DNA of 64,000 nt from Candidatus Taenariivivens baikalensis (GCA_009691445.1 SICL01000003.1:25834-89833), one strand, 5' to 3'; counted from the first letter of the stretch, positions 12,101 to 22,736 are shown. The notes: generated by a model not told the origin, from the letters alone. Translations and numbers: made by a program.

Positions 12101-15100
12101 GTTTAATTCCCTGGTTCAAACTCACGAGCGAAGGGGCTGCCGCTGACCGAGATGAAATTGCCTACGTCGATAATGCCAATCTGTCAGGCAGTTTAATGGT
12201 CGTGATTGGGGCTTTACTTGAGGCAAAAAGAGCAAAGCCCCAACCATCCAAGGCCTTCGATGCCGCCATTGAAAAGGCCCAACAGATTCTGGATGCACAA
12301 AAAAAAGGTTACGAAGCGCTCTTTAATCCGGCGCGTGGACTTTTCCGCGGCGGGATTAAAAAATCATCCGGAGACTGGATTCATCCTAATTATTATATCG
12401 ATCGATTATTTTCTGAACATGCCGGAAAAACCGCAGCCATTATCAGTTACTTTGGTTTCGATGAAGCCGGATATACCAACCTCGGCCCCGCATTTCGAAC
12501 CCATACTTTCCGCGATCAGTCCACGGGCGACATTGCAGCGACCTGGGACGGTGGCGTTTTTCAATTTATTTGGAACTTTCCTTTTGTTGGCGATTCCAAA
12601 CTTTGGAAAACCTTGGCAGAAAATCATTTAAAAGCAATTACGGATGAGGCTCATCAAAAAAATCTTGGCGGAGTATTGTCCGCTTCCTGGGATGGCGCTT
12701 CTTATAATGCCGGAATTGGTCATGCTTTCCGTGAAAATAGCAATCCCGTCATCAAAAATAATGTCGCCTCGCTTTACAGTCTGGATGGATATACCTCAAT
12801 CTCTGCAAAAACAGTCGCCGCTTGGCGCTCGGGAATCGTAACCCAAGTTCCAGAGTTGATGGGACCCTACGGAAATTTTGATTCAATGACCGAGGGTGTT
12901 GTGAATTCGGGCGTCTATGTTGCGGTCGATCATTTATCTTCCATTTTAGGATCGGCGGCAGAAGCAAGGGCCAGTGCTTTTCGAACGCTGATGAAACAAA
13001 AAGCGAACCGTTACGAAGGCTTTCTTCAATTAATTGAAAAACCTCTGCTTCACGCTCAAACCAGTCATCCCAACGCTTTTCAAAAACTTAACATTGATTA
13101 CGCGCCCGTTCCTCAGGTTAAAAAAAATAAGCGCAGCGTGAGCGATGTACAGATCGTGGATAAGGGAAAAGTGATTAAGGCGGATGAAAAGAATTCTAAA
13201 ATTTCTTACGCGGACATTCCGAATGGTTTTGGATTCACGTATGAAGCAGACGCAGGTGATTTTGCGGGAACCTTTGCCAGCTTGAATATGCAAAAACCCG
13301 CAGGAAAAAAGCTGTCGTGGAAATGGGAAAAAATTAAGAATTATCCGCTCTCACCCGTCGTGACAGTGAAACTTGAGTGGGGCGGCACGACAAAGTTTCA
13401 GCAAACATTGCAGGTAGATCTCTCAAACCCTCGCGCTGAAATTGAGCTACCTTCGGACACGCCATCCGGTTTTACCTTTGTTCTTGTCATTGATGCCTGG
13501 GATACCGCCAAGGGATTTCATAAAAGAAGACAGGCTCTCGGCGCCGCCAACTTTTCTCTCCGCTCCGAGGTGAGGGAAGACGAAGAGGCTATGGAGTTAC
13601 CAGACTCAGCAGGTTCGACGAAATCAATGGGTGAACTCAAGCATCCGAATATTCTGGCGACGTCTCGCGCACCTGACGCTCGTGCTGAGCTAAGAACCCA
13701 TGCACCCAAAGATCTTAAAATAGGGAAGCTTGATTTATCACTGTCGAGGAAATTTTTATCAAACGACTCCACTCTTGAGAGTTTTGCCAACGAGTTACTC
13801 AAGGCAAGCGTCCTGGCTCCCGACGACCAAAGAGTCCATGGAATAACAAGCACCTCACTGAGAGAATATGATCATTTAATCTCACTTGGTTTTTCTACGA
13901 ATACTTCAAAAGAGACCGCCGTTAAAAACGCCACGGACAATCAAAGATCGAAGATTCAGAGAGCTCTAACGCTCGCTAATATTTGGGATATTGCCTATGA
14001 TTCTAAGGCGCAACGCATCACGCTTACCTTGGATGGAGGGGAACTCCTTCTGTTTAATGCGCCTGGTGATAAAGAACTCGCGTTGCTATCTGCAAAATTC
14101 CGTCACCTGCTATCCAACTCTCAACCTTTAACCGCGAATACAGCGAAAAGGGCGGCTCTTTCTTCAGGACTTAATAGTTTTCTGACTTATCTTGATCACG
14201 GAACTATTTCACCCCTAGACGAACCCAGTGAGGTCACGGCTGATTTTTTTATTCCTAATCAAGCCGCAAAGCAAGCGATTCTTCATCATATGTCTCAAAC
14301 TTTTGGATCAGATATCGTGACCACGGGCAGGGAAGCCTTGGATCGTTGGCTCATGGATGAGGAATCCTATCAGCAGTCTTTAGCCCTTGCCGATGCAGCC
14401 CATACCAAGGCCCTGGCTGAGCAGACAATCTTGGATAAGCAAGCGGCCGTAGCTCGAGCCGCAGAGGAATTCCGCCAGGCTCAAGAAACGGAGGCCAAAA
14501 AACGGTTGCAAAAAATCCATCAAACAAGAATCAGACGAATCAAAATATCCGCCGCCATCGCGGGTGTCCTTGCGGCCTTCGTTGGGATTGTTCTTGCGGT
14601 GAATGCTTTCACCGCCCGCTACCAAAAAGCAAAAAACGAAACAAGACTAACTCATGCCGAAGATTCAAAGCAAAAAGAATTCAGAAAGCGAACCATGGCG
14701 ACTTTAGTCGCTGATTTCAGAAATAATTTTCCTCACCCGGAAAATTATGGGAGTTTTATTCAGCATCTCGCAGGTAAAAACAAGCTTAATCAAGCTTGGG
14801 ATCTTCCCGAGATTAATTCCTATGCTTTGATTAAGGATGTTTATGATTCCTTATCACGCATCGAGTACGAACCAAAAAGGAACAGCCTCACACCCGCACG
14901 ACGAGCAGTAGATCCTATATTTCTCGCTTTGATGGAACTGGAGACTCAACTGCCAACGGAAAAAGCGGGCGGTATTTCCAAGGTGATAGCGAACGCACGT
15001 CTTATCGAGAGCGAACAAAAAAATACTTTACTCCAGCATTTAGTAATTAATTCTCTAAATCTGGTCAACCAGTGGCACCAATTCCCAGAGACAGAACGCA

Positions 15101-18100
15101 TTAAAAAACTCAAGGACCTTCTCGTGGGTTATGAAGAATATGTCGCCGTGAAACTAAGTCCTGAGAGCGCCATGATTGCATTGAAACAATTAATTCCTCC
15201 TCACCTTTTCGGAAATACTCGTAAAATAATGGGCGCAAAGTTAATCGGTGCGATCATCCAGGAGACTCAGACTTGGGAACTTCTTACTCCATCCTTGAAT
15301 ACTGCGCTGATGTTCAATGCTGAGTTAATGATCGATTTTATGAAGGTGTCGCCCCCCAAACTCGATTCATGGACGCAACCGAATAAGAATCTGGACAAGA
15401 AAAAAGCAATAACGCTAGCGGATGCTCAATCGATGCTGGAATTGACCATAGAGGAACGACAAACAAATAGAACAACAGCCACTTTTATTATGAAAGAAGA
15501 TGGGATTTCCTTTACTGACATGATCGAAGCCGGATATAAAATTCTCGCCCAGGAAGATCCTCGAATTTCAAGAGACATAGTCTTCATTTCTCTCAATGGG
15601 AAAGTGTTTGCTAATGTTGCAGAATGCTTCGCCGTCCGAATGAAGGCAGGCGACAGGGCTCTCCTTACTTATCTCCGCTCAGAGGTGAGGACAAAGAAAA
15701 TTGTGGGACAGGATATTTCAACCCGGGTTAATCCATTACGTTCTGCAACAGTTCCCGCTGAACGGTTTCAACCCGCGTCAAAGTCCCACCAGGAACTTCG
15801 AAGACATGATCCGATTGCAAAGAGGTTAACGCCCCTAAAAAAACCGCAGGCGAAGGCGGGGCCCAATCTACCCCCAAATAATCGCTCCAAAGCGAGTATG
15901 AAACAGACGCCCGGAGAGCTGATCCAGCTCGCGAATGACTGGCTTGGGATGCATCTGTTAGTTTCCGAGCATGGAGTGACGTCCACGATTCACGTGGTTC
16001 TGGACTCGACGATCCAAAGGTCGACCGCGAGTCGAAAAGAGTATGATAATTCTATAGGGAACAACGTTGATTTTAATATTACTATCCGGGTGCCGACAGC
16101 CCAAATCACATCCGTGACAAAGCTTATAGCCCAGATTGATGGTGCCTTGAAAAGCAAGGGATTAGACGTCAGCACTCCCTCTCCCCACATTCCGGCAGAA
16201 GGAGAGATTTCCTGGTCTAGGAATCTGAAATCGGATATGAAATTTGACTTTGGACAAAATGCTTCTGATGAGGCGATTGGGGAAATGACGCAAAAGATTA
16301 ACAGGATTTTGAGGCGGCATCCCTTTGCCGGCTATAAGAATCTCTTTGCCGAACAGACACGCCATGAATTCTACGATAGTCATTTTGATGTGGAGATCTT
16401 GCCGGCCGGTGAACCTACTGTCGATCAGCCGAGAGGAGGGTATGTTGTGTATTCCTGGTGGAGTGGTATGCTCATTCAGGTGCGCGGGAACTTACTCACG
16501 GGTCCCAAGTGGAAGAAGAAGCTCGTGGAGGAAGTTATCAAACAATTTAGAAACTATGTGACCCGCTATAAAATGCGATTTTATGCACCAGCTTTAAAAA
16601 GAATTATACTCAAAGATCCGCCCTATCAAGGGCACTACTGGGGGGATCCTGACAGCGAACAGTGGAAGAGCTATCTAAGCAGTACGCAGGCACACGTAAA
16701 ACAAATTGAAGCCAAACTTAGAACGTTATTAAAGCCCCCCCCCGCAGTCAAGCGAGCTGAAGTGAGGACTCAAAACGATCTGGATCAGATGACCAATTAT
16801 CAAGATGTTGATATTTCGCAGATAGGCACGCACATCCGTGCGGAGCTGCGAAGTATCAATCTAAGCAATGCAGCAATGTCAACCCTCCGCCGAATGTTGA
16901 GTTTGACGGAAGCGGAACTGAACCCTCAAGGTTTGACAACGAGTAAGGTCTCAGCTATATATGTTTCTCCGGATGAGCGTGTTGCTATTGTGTTGCCGGG
17001 TATGTTGACGAGGGTGGAAGGTCAGACAGACCCACAACTTGTAAAAATCTTTCATTTAGTAGGCGCGGAAGAGGTCCAAAGTCATGGTGTACCGAGTAAT
17101 ATAAAGGATGTGTTGTTTCAAAATGGTGGCTTTACAGTCAGTTATTGGGATCCAACAAAAACGCCTGAAACCTTCCAAATTCTGGATCAAAAGCCGTGGG
17201 TTCAAAAAGTTGAAGACCGCTCCGAGGTGAGAAGTAAGAAGGCGACCGAGAGCACATTATCCGGAGGCCATACGAAAGTAGTTAAGCCACGCTTTGCGGC
17301 ATCGGCGAAAAAAAATGCTTCGGATTTTAATCTCCCCCCCGCTCAAAGGGAGCGCAATAAGAACTTGAAGAATGATTCGCCCCAGGACCGATCTGAGATT
17401 CGGAGAATTATTTCGGATGAGGTATTACGCGTGGTTTGGGCAGGAATGACAGGAGAGCCTGCAGAAAATGTTTCTTCCAAATCAGTTGGCCCTTTGACCA
17501 AAGTTTCCGCAAACGAGGCCGCTGAAATGATCATTGCGTTGAGTGAAACCTACTTCCAAAATCACGCGGCTGAAGTAACGGCATTCAGACAAACCGATCA
17601 AGTTTTAGCGGGCAGTGCTCAAAGGATTGCGGCGAAGATTGCGAGCCTCAAACAAACGGTTGTGATTCGCCAGACGCTTACAAATGAACAGCTGAAAGCA
17701 AGCGGTGATCCGCAGGCAGCCGTCCGTCAATGGATGAAAGCTGCCGGAAATTTAGCGGCATCCACCGATAAACTTTTGATTCACGTGACGCTTCCTGCCA
17801 ATTTCAGATTTAAAAATCTGGACTATAACCGGCTTGCCGGCTGGAAGGTCGTACCGACAGGGGACGGGGGATACGCGGTGGTTAATTCCACAGTGGATAC
17901 AAACGCCATTAACTTTAACAGCCTTATTCCCACACTAGTGATTTCTGATGAAGCGCTTGATCAAACCCAGGAAACACTCATTTCCGGCACCGACGCGCAT
18001 GGAAATAATCTGACACTGAAACCTGCTGATTTTGCCAATATTCTGACGGCGGGTGCCGGTTTTATTGCGGATAAACTTTCTTTGCGAAGCTGGATTGTTT

Positions 18101-18213
18101 CCAAAGGTTCGATTTCTTTCTTTGAAGATCAAAATGCCCTGGCTCATGCTGTTGATGCTGCACGTCTGATTCAAAGAGCTTTGGCTTCCAGAAGAACTGC
18201 GTACTCGGCGTAA
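6181..18213 (+). CDS. giant (4010 aa) secreted/membrane-associated multidomain protein with TraB/GumN/TIKI-like N-terminal region, embedded DnaJ J-domain and one internal TM helix
   Basis: uninterrupted 12 kb ORF; N-terminal signal-like peptide ([26 protein letters not shown]); [14 protein letters not shown]...VQTVGVEGA and later [19 protein letters not shown] resemble the GTxH...AGHL signature of the TraB/PrgY/GumN family; J-domain with HPD motif ([31 protein letters not shown]) at nt about 10234-10440; hydrophobic helix [22 protein letters not shown] at nt about 14540-14610; GTG start at 6181 (alternative ATG 6202). Confidence 0.75.
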   Translation: MTSVPKKMMKNLPKKSVALITGIAFAVTSFVAPASYAAPVRLTVPGTAAPSTAPMPKEFGEIVSEYHTQGNQTSVFLIQDAHAIPEAQKNIQKIIRFLADNYGVQTVGVEGASKELDTQIFKSFPDAKRLQEVFDDYMEKGELTGAAAAAIFRQGAESKEQGVKPHAPSTMLHAKFYGLEDQPLYEEGLKLYQEAAGKEADLKTKLEVRSKKLEEEKTKAYSKALLAIDEVLGAFNENHANLTDVLFLLSKIRKPEKGSELRAILDEMKLEKSDRTSSVIQVRRLAKEVECEMTQSAKRIAHSEKNSEKRFALSAMLYADFHAKLQQFNTSQLTPQAFAFYLKEVITENKLPLKVSDHLLGLVRHQKTVQEIQGTKLFKDLETYAAAIKESLFENAGQRDLDRKTHQLQLLTKLTKLELAREEWEEVKRLEVGGWKLEGKSSSLQTPHLSFYRNAEARERAFLTKLDVRSSKLEEKNRRGSLLPSSNFKLQTSIVVAGGFHTQGLAHNLKARGISYQVIMPRIQSLPEQSSYREQMKGNVSWSSYMKAKDGRVNLYEAFTRATRDKLLKLDVRSLKLEEKEGNQPVQLPTSNLQLLKPWRDQILIDLAQTEQLDKAGEYTRFIDEISREHSADLPAEAKRQAGSRGSDSMPYALSSMHQKWQAAVKKFTDGIIRLESQGRYTPDNIVRLLQPATILPETGLGQFNPGQTFPVFREGPMSAEGLTGKPVRGFTGTSARIPAYTRTRTRQPRSEARNNLQLGGPNGTIRWVDMKWGSQQLQLSEAIQSMNDPDISIAQTIKAIKDFYLAIQESGEDGMYDSIDKQDILTGNLPNFLRALGMPKSDSGESLTEAEAQFSFNYLKERFHDLESLNVSFTGLNNPSLKIEIYWWIFVLLLVADHNTASASSADIQALSETEELLALLICAISSDHVRGQISQNPKDLIESRLLDLTRTQPLLGKSISKIMRHWDPWISEGQRIWMEAVHAVGDAQDGQDFELKPDRAVSEASKAKRLFDKLTELTNVLKPSNSEELRHWNEPLTTAVEIASQAETVLFDGARAAFLGAKQPGSDFSWGTDFQFSWLEEMARKGWKQIAFVVDDTYTKDLITFFPSEDQISGDQMVLSLEKYLHLPQEATLRDYLHLPKEHENPRVTRAIQFWQRMRSLVQKQNLKIHLIVYQPFETHEQNEWLEKTPGKKILWDSLLVMRPYKTTGMVSIAQFLTRNQYEQETFNPPLAVSYAAHQAAMDQGWGEYHSVGFKLSKRLENFMLAQPLIKTPRSISLARLDSVDFSIYTGSDDGKLDEMEIGLPEAPEKVPGPNVLEPTTRSEVRGGEGDWRTRGTPIQDFSRQKMEKNAYEELDVPRNASEDEIKRAFRKLAVIHHPDKNPSDRQGAEVKFKRLGVAYELLMDPDQRRVYDQLLDSNSAPRPSSSTFTGYKDRAEVPNRVMSYDDIDRHIDEIPKAHRPSIGFNLERDPQGGAVLNIITEYTKQLWKQETNILDFTAHKNEVFILHPRSAKIADKHEIHWFNGFGYYLVLSEDDLIKSFPVVAKRFGFKKEIKNDPRFMTRVDIFNQLNMDESWSKRGNSKPTLPGIKALVVGNPGKDFLWIYTEISADPVGINNIVGFSREQHNFFVLHHDTPESPEPMISRFDSEGRFEPTVSSETVWPDFPETALEFKLPPVKIKMNAEGPAMRRGEIILRNQDLLQAATAARMKLGPHLPLNPGDLEVDTREREQWFRRKLTGVTAYTIFQNHFFGVKRREGEDITIARISGDNPGAAQLLSRKELLDQYPIVAAEFSLRSEVREKEVAGLRVTRLTGEQPAPATQSLADKRTQAHSLTGTPDSSRSEVRGVSSRSFLKTLAVAASAIAFHPLTASSQMNPENQTISKMRDLFIPGRGIDRTTGYPLDVVIGSEGWKTTQPTSIGFRAEELALSASNRLPVKTGGAATAQAEDLQTLTELLTRLQGDQKSSLAWKGLIPWFKLTSEGAAADRDEIAYVDNANLSGSLMVVIGALLEAKRAKPQPSKAFDAAIEKAQQILDAQKKGYEALFNPARGLFRGGIKKSSGDWIHPNYYIDRLFSEHAGKTAAIISYFGFDEAGYTNLGPAFRTHTFRDQSTGDIAATWDGGVFQFIWNFPFVGDSKLWKTLAENHLKAITDEAHQKNLGGVLSASWDGASYNAGIGHAFRENSNPVIKNNVASLYSLDGYTSISAKTVAAWRSGIVTQVPELMGPYGNFDSMTEGVVNSGVYVAVDHLSSILGSAAEARASAFRTLMKQKANRYEGFLQLIEKPLLHAQTSHPNAFQKLNIDYAPVPQVKKNKRSVSDVQIVDKGKVIKADEKNSKISYADIPNGFGFTYEADAGDFAGTFASLNMQKPAGKKLSWKWEKIKNYPLSPVVTVKLEWGGTTKFQQTLQVDLSNPRAEIELPSDTPSGFTFVLVIDAWDTAKGFHKRRQALGAANFSLRSEVREDEEAMELPDSAGSTKSMGELKHPNILATSRAPDARAELRTHAPKDLKIGKLDLSLSRKFLSNDSTLESFANELLKASVLAPDDQRVHGITSTSLREYDHLISLGFSTNTSKETAVKNATDNQRSKIQRALTLANIWDIAYDSKAQRITLTLDGGELLLFNAPGDKELALLSAKFRHLLSNSQPLTANTAKRAALSSGLNSFLTYLDHGTISPLDEPSEVTADFFIPNQAAKQAILHHMSQTFGSDIVTTGREALDRWLMDEESYQQSLALADAAHTKALAEQTILDKQAAVARAAEEFRQAQETEAKKRLQKIHQTRIRRIKISAAIAGVLAAFVGIVLAVNAFTARYQKAKNETRLTHAEDSKQKEFRKRTMATLVADFRNNFPHPENYGSFIQHLAGKNKLNQAWDLPEINSYALIKDVYDSLSRIEYEPKRNSLTPARRAVDPIFLALMELETQLPTEKAGGISKVIANARLIESEQKNTLLQHLVINSLNLVNQWHQFPETERIKKLKDLLVGYEEYVAVKLSPESAMIALKQLIPPHLFGNTRKIMGAKLIGAIIQETQTWELLTPSLNTALMFNAELMIDFMKVSPPKLDSWTQPNKNLDKKKAITLADAQSMLELTIEERQTNRTTATFIMKEDGISFTDMIEAGYKILAQEDPRISRDIVFISLNGKVFANVAECFAVRMKAGDRALLTYLRSEVRTKKIVGQDISTRVNPLRSATVPAERFQPASKSHQELRRHDPIAKRLTPLKKPQAKAGPNLPPNNRSKASMKQTPGELIQLANDWLGMHLLVSEHGVTSTIHVVLDSTIQRSTASRKEYDNSIGNNVDFNITIRVPTAQITSVTKLIAQIDGALKSKGLDVSTPSPHIPAEGEISWSRNLKSDMKFDFGQNASDEAIGEMTQKINRILRRHPFAGYKNLFAEQTRHEFYDSHFDVEILPAGEPTVDQPRGGYVVYSWWSGMLIQVRGNLLTGPKWKKKLVEEVIKQFRNYVTRYKMRFYAPALKRIILKDPPYQGHYWGDPDSEQWKSYLSSTQAHVKQIEAKLRTLLKPPPAVKRAEVRTQNDLDQMTNYQDVDISQIGTHIRAELRSINLSNAAMSTLRRMLSLTEAELNPQGLTTSKVSAIYVSPDERVAIVLPGMLTRVEGQTDPQLVKIFHLVGAEEVQSHGVPSNIKDVLFQNGGFTVSYWDPTKTPETFQILDQKPWVQKVEDRSEVRSKKATESTLSGGHTKVVKPRFAASAKKNASDFNLPPAQRERNKNLKNDSPQDRSEIRRIISDEVLRVVWAGMTGEPAENVSSKSVGPLTKVSANEAAEMIIALSETYFQNHAAEVTAFRQTDQVLAGSAQRIAAKIASLKQTVVIRQTLTNEQLKASGDPQAAVRQWMKAAGNLAASTDKLLIHVTLPANFRFKNLDYNRLAGWKVVPTGDGGYAVVNSTVDTNAINFNSLIPTLVISDEALDQTQETLISGTDAHGNNLTLKPADFANILTAGAGFIADKLSLRSWIVSKGSISFFEDQNALAHAVDAARLIQRALASRRTAYSA
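6640..6703. repeat. Family-B palindromic insert (agcaaggag.../...ctccatgct) in-frame inside the 4010-aa gene
   Basis: agcaaggagcaaggag ... ccatgctccatgct is an imperfect inverted repeat; related copies at 7071-7137, 8061-8152 and 30586-30660. Confidence 0.6.
6790..6828. repeat. Family-C repeat (gaagttagaag iterations) in-frame in the giant gene
   Basis: gaagttggaagttagaagtaagaagttagaagaag; related to copies at 7466-7520, 7572-7659, 7884-7968. Confidence 0.6.
7071..7137. repeat. Family-B palindromic insert in-frame (gcgcatagcgcatag ... cttagcgctatgctctatgc)
   Basis: clear inverted repeat flanking about 30 nt; encodes ...FALSAMLYA... Confidence 0.65.
7466..7520. repeat. Family-C palindromic insert in-frame (ggttagaagtcggaggttggaagttggaag ... 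cttcacttcaaactcc)
   Basis: inverted repeat of the gaagtt/aacttc motif. Confidence 0.55.
7572..7659. repeat. Family-C palindromic insert in-frame (gaagttagacgttagaagttcgaagttagaag ... ccaacttcaaacttcaaacttc)
   Basis: long imperfect inverted repeat; arms encode [11 protein letters not shown] and NFKLQTS. Confidence 0.7.
7884..7968. repeat. Family-C palindromic insert in-frame (gaagttagacgttagaagtttgaagttagaag ... ccaacttccgacctctaacttgcaacttc)
   Basis: near-identical left arm to the copy at 7572; right arm inverted. Confidence 0.7.
8061..8152. repeat. Family-B palindromic insert in-frame (cagagagcatagtgcagacc ... ggtctgactctatgccctatgcccttagctctatgc)
   Basis: inverted repeat gcagacc/ggtctgac and gagcatag/ctctatgc; encodes ...MPYALSSMH... 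(compare MPSALSSML in the nuclease gene at 30586-30660). Confidence 0.7.
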
Positions 18214-18273
18214 AATAAACGTTCCTTCCCAAAATTTAAAATTCTGATAAGATGCCATCTCACGGAGATCTGT

Positions 18274-18498
18274 ATGAAAAAAAAATTGATTACAAGTTCT
18301 AAAGATGTACTGGGAGGCACTCCCGTTTTTGCCAAAACCAGGGTTCCGGTCAGAGCCCTGTTTGACTATCTAGGAGCAGGCAGGTCTTTGGATGAGTTTC
18401 TTGATGATTTTCCCTCCGTAAAACGCAGCCAGGCTGTAGGCGTTCTGGGACAATTCAAAACCGTTGTCTTGGGTCCTTTTTATGAACGTGCTGCTTGA
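18274..18498 (+). CDS. DUF433-domain protein (antitoxin-like)
   Basis: VLGGTPVFAKTRVPVRALFDYLGAGRSLDEFLDDFPSV matches the DUF433 consensus (GG.P.i.GTRi.v..il..l..G.s.eeil.dyP.l). Confidence 0.75.
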   Translation: MKKKLITSSKDVLGGTPVFAKTRVPVRALFDYLGAGRSLDEFLDDFPSVKRSQAVGVLGQFKTVVLGPFYERAA

Positions 18499-18802
18499 CG
18501 AATGCCTGCCTCGCAAGCTGAAATTCGAGATCAAGGGACATTTTGTTTCCACGGTTACCCAAGAAGGCTGGACTGGGAAAAAAAATGGAGAACTGCTAAG
18601 ACTGGCGGAGAAAAAATTTGCCGTATTTGTCACCGTGGATCAAAACTTAAGTTATCAACAGAACATTAGCAAGTTCAAAATTTCTGTCATTCTTCTGACT
18701 GCAAAAGACAATGATCTTGAAACGTTAAAGCCGTTCATGCCGAAAGTTCATCAAGCACTTGACAAACTGGAAGCTGGAAGGATTTTCAGGATTCCGCCTT
18801 AA
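18482..18802 (+). CDS. DUF5615-domain protein (PIN-like putative toxin paired with DUF433)
   Basis: MNVLLDECLPRKL start typical of DUF5615 (LLDENLP); overlaps the DUF433 gene; the track ORF starts 18464, but the ATG at 18482 is more likely. Confidence 0.65.
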   Translation: MNVLLDECLPRKLKFEIKGHFVSTVTQEGWTGKKNGELLRLAEKKFAVFVTVDQNLSYQQNISKFKISVILLTAKDNDLETLKPFMPKVHQALDKLEAGRIFRIPP

Positions 18803-18806
18803 AAAA

Positions 18807-18845
18807 GGGGACAGGTTTTAAAACCTGTCCCCTTTTGATTTTGTT
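18807..18845. terminator. bidirectional rho-independent terminator between convergent genes
   Basis: ggggacaggtttt aaaacctgtcccc perfect 13-bp stem flanked by A-run on one side and ttttgatttt on the other. Confidence 0.75.
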
Positions 18846-18853
18846 TTAAGTCT

Positions 18854-19810
18854 TTATGTGGTCGTTTCCTGAGTAGCGCTGGTCCCACTGTTTGAAGAAT
18901 CAGAATTCATAGTCCCGCCGCCTTGCTGCCCTTGCTGCTGATAATTTCCTTGCGGTGGCGGACGACGAGGACGCTTTTTCTTTTTATGAGGAGGCGGCAT
19001 CGTCCCGCCCTGGTCCTCACTTATCTCACTGCTGCTTTCAGAATCTGAACTTTCTGATTCTGAAATCGCTTCACTCGATTCCGTGGAGCTCCCAGACGAT
19101 GCGCTTTCCGTCATGCCTTCCTGCGACCCTTCCTGCATTCCTTCTTGAGAAGGAGGCATCATTCCCGATCCGTCGCCGCCTTGCATTCCTCCACCATTCA
19201 TTCCGCCACCGGGTCCCATTCCCATTTGCCCTTGGCCACCGCCATTTTGACCACCGTTCATTCCACCATTAGGCCCCCCCTGCATTCCGCCAGGACCACC
19301 GCCGTTCATACCTCCGCCTCCAGGACCACCACCGTTCATGCCTCCACCTGGGCCACCCATCCCGCGACCTCCGGGACCACCACCGTTCATACCTCCGCCA
19401 GGTCCACCCATTCCGCCACCGCCGCCAGGACCACCACCGTTCATACCTCCGCCTGGGCCGCCCATTCCGCCACCGCCACCAGGACCACCACCGTTCATGC
19501 CTCCGCCTGGGCCGCCCATTCCGCCACCGCCACCAGGACCACCACCGTTCATGCCGCCGCCTGGGCCGCCCATTCCGCCACCGCCTCCAGGACCACCGCC
19601 GTTCATGCCTCCGCCAGGTCCGCCCATCCCGCCACCGCCGCCGCCGCCTTGCATACCTGGACCACCGCCTCCGGGGCCGCCACCACCGCGCCGTTCACCG
19701 CCGCCGCCGCCGCCACCACCGGGCCCACCGCCGCCAGGTCGGGCTTCAAGCGAGGTGACAAAAACAAGATTGGAAATAATTGCGAGCGCAATCAGGGAAG
19801 GACGCTTCAA
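18854..19810 (-). CDS. secreted glycine-rich low-complexity protein with tandem 19-aa repeats (GGMGGPGGGMNGGGPGGGG) and acidic Ser/Glu tail
   Basis: signal peptide MKRPSLIALAIISNLVFVTSLEA; >=6 near-identical 57-nt tandem units; chosen over the plus-strand Pro-rich shadow ORFs because of the signal peptide and convergent terminator. Confidence 0.55.
   Translation of the reverse strand: MKRPSLIALAIISNLVFVTSLEARPGGGGPGGGGGGGGERRGGGGPGGGGPGMQGGGGGGGMGGPGGGMNGGGPGGGGGMGGPGGGMNGGGPGGGGGMGGPGGGMNGGGPGGGGGMGGPGGGMNGGGPGGGGGMGGPGGGMNGGGPGGRGMGGPGGGMNGGGPGGGGMNGGGPGGMQGGPNGGMNGGQNGGGQGQMGMGPGGGMNGGGMQGGDGSGMMPPSQEGMQEGSQEGMTESASSGSSTESSEAISESESSDSESSSEISEDQGGTMPPPHKKKKRPRRPPPQGNYQQQGQQGGGTMNSDSSNSGTSATQETTT
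19290..19640. repeat. 57-nt tandem repeat array (coding, inside the Gly-rich protein)
   Basis: ccgccaccgccaccaggaccaccaccgttcatgcctccgcctgggccgcccattccg repeated head-to-tail. Confidence 0.8.
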
Positions 19811-20032
19811 TGGAATCTCCTTGGGTGAACTTCTTGGGTTGAGAACATGAACTCCGAATCCTCATGAAATATCGATAAAAACGCAACAAACTTGAATGTT
19901 GGCTTACTCAAATTTTTTGAAAATGTTCCGAAAGCGATGACGCTTATCAAAAAAATTCAGAACGAATCCAGTATTATGAAAAAAATTATTCCACTCCCGC
20001 AACGAAAGCTTAATCTTCGAAACTATTTTTCT

Positions 20033-20143
20033 GTCATTGCGAGGCCCGCGCTTTGGCGGAGACCTGCCTCGCCGGCAGGCGGGCGCGGCAATCCCGGAGC
20101 ATAACCCGAGATTGCTTCGGTCACTTCGTTCCCTCGCAATAAC
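20033..20143. repeat. Family-R composite palindromic repeat, intergenic (upstream of hisI)
   Basis: gtcattgcgaggcccgcgctttggcgg...cggcaatcccgg...cccgagattgcttcggtcacttcgttccctcgcaataac; about 80% similar to the copy at 45050-45190. Confidence 0.75.
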
Positions 20144-20224
20144 AAATGATCAGATCATTATGTATCCCCTTGACACACCTAGAGGATATCGGCATACTTC
20201 TGGCAATACAAATAGGAGAAAAAA

Positions 20225-20602
20225 ATGCATTCCTTCAAATTCAATGATCAAGGCCTTTTACCCGTCATTATTCAGGACTCTGAAAACGGAGAAGTCCTCA
20301 TGCTCGCCTATATGGATAAAATCGCCATTGAGCGGACCCTTTCCGAGAAAAAGAGCGTCTTCTATTCCCGTTCGCGCAACAAATACTGGGTCAAGGGGGA
20401 GAGCTCAGGCCACGTGCAAGCCGTTCTTCTGGCTCTAACAGACTGCGACAGCGATACCATTCTGATTAAGGTCACGCAAAAGGGAGGCGCCTGCCATCTT
20501 GGTTACCGGAGCTGTTTTGTTCATGAACTGGACAGCAAGGGCGATATTTCCCGCGTGACTCAGGAGAAATTTTTTGATCCGGATACCGTCTATAAAAAAT
20601 GA
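20225..20602 (+). CDS. hisI: phosphoribosyl-AMP cyclohydrolase HisI
   Basis: LLPVIIQD...GEVLMLAYM...YSRSR...WVKGESSGH...DCD.D..L..V.Q.GGACH.G..SCF conserved HisI motifs. Confidence 0.9.
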   Translation: MHSFKFNDQGLLPVIIQDSENGEVLMLAYMDKIAIERTLSEKKSVFYSRSRNKYWVKGESSGHVQAVLLALTDCDSDTILIKVTQKGGACHLGYRSCFVHELDSKGDISRVTQEKFFDPDTVYKK

Positions 20603-22074
20603 TTCTGTCTCCCGATTTTTCCACTTTTTCCAGGCTCGCCCGAAAGGGGAATCTGATTGCGGTTCAATTTTCCATCCCCGCAGATCTTGAAACTCCAGTC
20701 TCCGCTTATTTAAAACTCGCTCACAAAGAAGAACATTCGTTTTTGCTTGAATCCGCAGAACAAGGTGAAAAGGTCGGGCGCTACTCATTCATCGGGTTAA
20801 AACCCAGTTCTGTCATTTCGAGCGAAGCGAAGCAATCTCAGGCAAGAAAGATTGCTTCGTCGCTTACAGTTCCTTGCAATGACACAATCCTGGACCTGCT
20901 TGAAAAAAATATTTCCAAATTCAAACTTGCTAATCCCGAAACCCTGCCTGATTTCTGCGGCGGTTACGTCGGCTTTCTGTCGTATGAAAATGTCCGGGAT
21001 TTTGAACAGGTCAAACTGCAGGAAAAACCGGGGCCGAAAATCCCTCAATCCGTTTTTTTTCTGACTCGTGAATTCCTGGTCTTTGATCATTTCCGTAAAA
21101 ATCTTTCCATTGTGATTCTCGCCGACACCGGTTCATCCGCATCTCTGAAAACGGTGTATGCCCAGACACAAGTGAAAATCGAAAGCTATCTCAAGAAACT
21201 CTCGGCACCTCTAAAACAAACCACCACCGCTCGAAGCTCCAAAAGTCGCTTTGTTTCGAATATGAAACCCGCGCAGTATTACGCCAAGGTCAACCGCATC
21301 AAGGAATACATCCGCGCAGGGGATTGCATCCAAACCGTACTTTCCCAGCGTTTTCAGATTCCGGCATCGGGTGATGATTTTCAAATTTACCGTGCCCTTC
21401 GTTCGATTAATCCGTCGCCTTATATGTTTTATTTTCGCTCCGGAGATCTGCGGCTCATCGGATCGTCTCCGGAACTTCTCGTCAAGAAAAAGGGGAGGAT
21501 GGCAGAAGTGCGTCCCATTGCCGGCACAAGACCCCGCGGTAAAAATCAGGAAGACGATCAGCATCAGGAAGAAAATCTCAAGCGCTCTAAGAAAGAAGCA
21601 GCGGAACATTTAATGCTCGTCGATCTTGGCCGCAATGATTTGGGCCGCGTTTGCGAGTTCAGTACCATCCAAGTGAAAAATTTTGCGCGCGTCGAGCGTT
21701 ACTCTCATGTCATGCATTTGGTCAGCGATGTCGAGGGACGATTGAAGTCGGGGAAGACCGCTTTTGATTTACTGAAAGCAACGTTCCCGGCAGGGACAGT
21801 GACCGGAGCTCCCAAAATTCGTGCGATGGAAATCATCAATGAACTGGAGCCCGAAAAACGCGGGCCTTATGCCGGATGCCTTGGCTATTTCAGTTTCAAT
21901 CAGAATATGGATATGTGCATCACAATCCGCACCTTGGTAAACGATGGGAAAAAGATTTATCTTCAGGCGGGAGCTGGAATCGTCAAAGACTCCAATCCTC
22001 GAAGAGAATATCAAGAGACCGTCAACAAGGCCAAAGCACTGCTGAAGGCCGTCGAAATTAGAAATGATTTTTAA
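20599..22074 (+). CDS. trpE: anthranilate synthase component I TrpE
   Basis: [21 protein letters not shown]-terminal and [44 protein letters not shown]-terminal chorismate-binding signature; 4-nt overlap with hisI. Confidence 0.9.
   Translation: MILSPDFSTFSRLARKGNLIAVQFSIPADLETPVSAYLKLAHKEEHSFLLESAEQGEKVGRYSFIGLKPSSVISSEAKQSQARKIASSLTVPCNDTILDLLEKNISKFKLANPETLPDFCGGYVGFLSYENVRDFEQVKLQEKPGPKIPQSVFFLTREFLVFDHFRKNLSIVILADTGSSASLKTVYAQTQVKIESYLKKLSAPLKQTTTARSSKSRFVSNMKPAQYYAKVNRIKEYIRAGDCIQTVLSQRFQIPASGDDFQIYRALRSINPSPYMFYFRSGDLRLIGSSPELLVKKKGRMAEVRPIAGTRPRGKNQEDDQHQEENLKRSKKEAAEHLMLVDLGRNDLGRVCEFSTIQVKNFARVERYSHVMHLVSDVEGRLKSGKTAFDLLKATFPAGTVTGAPKIRAMEIINELEPEKRGPYAGCLGYFSFNQNMDMCITIRTLVNDGKKIYLQAGAGIVKDSNPRREYQETVNKAKALLKAVEIRNDF
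20812..20868. repeat. Family-R palindromic repeat inserted in-frame (57 nt, 19 codons) in trpE
   Basis: tgtcatttcgagcgaagcgaagcaatctcaggcaagaaagattgcttcgtcgcttacag; translated [22 protein letters not shown] immediately after the conserved [10 protein letters not shown] motif. Confidence 0.8.
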
Positions 22075-22092
22075 ATAGCACGCACAATGTTT

Positions 22093-22122
22093 GTCATTGC
22101 GAACAAAGCGAAACAATCTCGA
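22093..22122. repeat. Family-R half-repeat, intergenic trpE-trpG
   Basis: gtcattgcgaacaaagcgaaacaatctc. Confidence 0.6.
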
Positions 22123-22139
22123 TTTGGAATTTAAACTTT

Positions 22140-22736
22140 ATGTTACTCGTCATCGATAACTACGACTCCTTTACCTATAACCTAGTCCAGTATCTCGGGG
22201 AGCTTAAGGCTGCACCCGTGGTCTACCGCAATGACCAGATCACGATTGAGCGCATCAAAAAAATGAAACCGGCTCAGATTGTGATTTCACCCGGACCGTG
22301 CACGCCCAAAGAGGCGGGGATTTCTCGTGACGTGATCCGTGCTTTCAGCGGAAAAATTCCGATCCTCGGCGTCTGCCTTGGGCATCAATGTCTCGGGGAT
22401 GTGTTCGGAGGAAAAATCATCCGCGCCAAAAGAATCATGCACGGGAAAACCTCACCGATTCATCATAAAAATACGGATATCTTCCAAGGCCTGAAAAATC
22501 CCTTTGAAGCGACGCGTTACCATTCGCTTTTGATTGAAAATAAATCCTTTCCATCGAAGGAACTCCAAATCACAGCCTGGACCAAGGAGAAAGAAATTAT
22601 GGGTGTCGCGCATAAATCGCATCCAACCTGGGGCGTTCAGTTTCATCCGGAATCGATTCTCACGACCGAAGGCATGAAACTCCTGAAAAATTTCCTTGAG
22701 CTTTCAAAGAAATTCCACAAAAAAAAGTTGTCATGA
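22140..22736 (+). CDS. trpG: anthranilate synthase component II / glutamine amidotransferase TrpG
   Basis: [26 protein letters not shown] catalytic Cys, HPES His/Glu. Confidence 0.9.
   Translation: MLLVIDNYDSFTYNLVQYLGELKAAPVVYRNDQITIERIKKMKPAQIVISPGPCTPKEAGISRDVIRAFSGKIPILGVCLGHQCLGDVFGGKIIRAKRIMHGKTSPIHHKNTDIFQGLKNPFEATRYHSLLIENKSFPSKELQITAWTKEKEIMGVAHKSHPTWGVQFHPESILTTEGMKLLKNFLELSKKFHKKKLS

Noticed and set aside
6226-17534. About 25 ORFs of 60-160 aa on other frames/strands inside the 4010-aa gene; likewise inside the subtilase gene (33373-39338)
   Set aside because: They lack any motif support and lie within long, motif-supported reading frames.
19145-19850. Plus-strand Pro/Thr-rich ORFs (19145..19828, 19338..19850) overlapping the Gly-rich gene
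   Set aside because: Shadow ORFs generated by the GC-rich tandem repeat; the minus-strand frame has a signal peptide and a convergent terminator.
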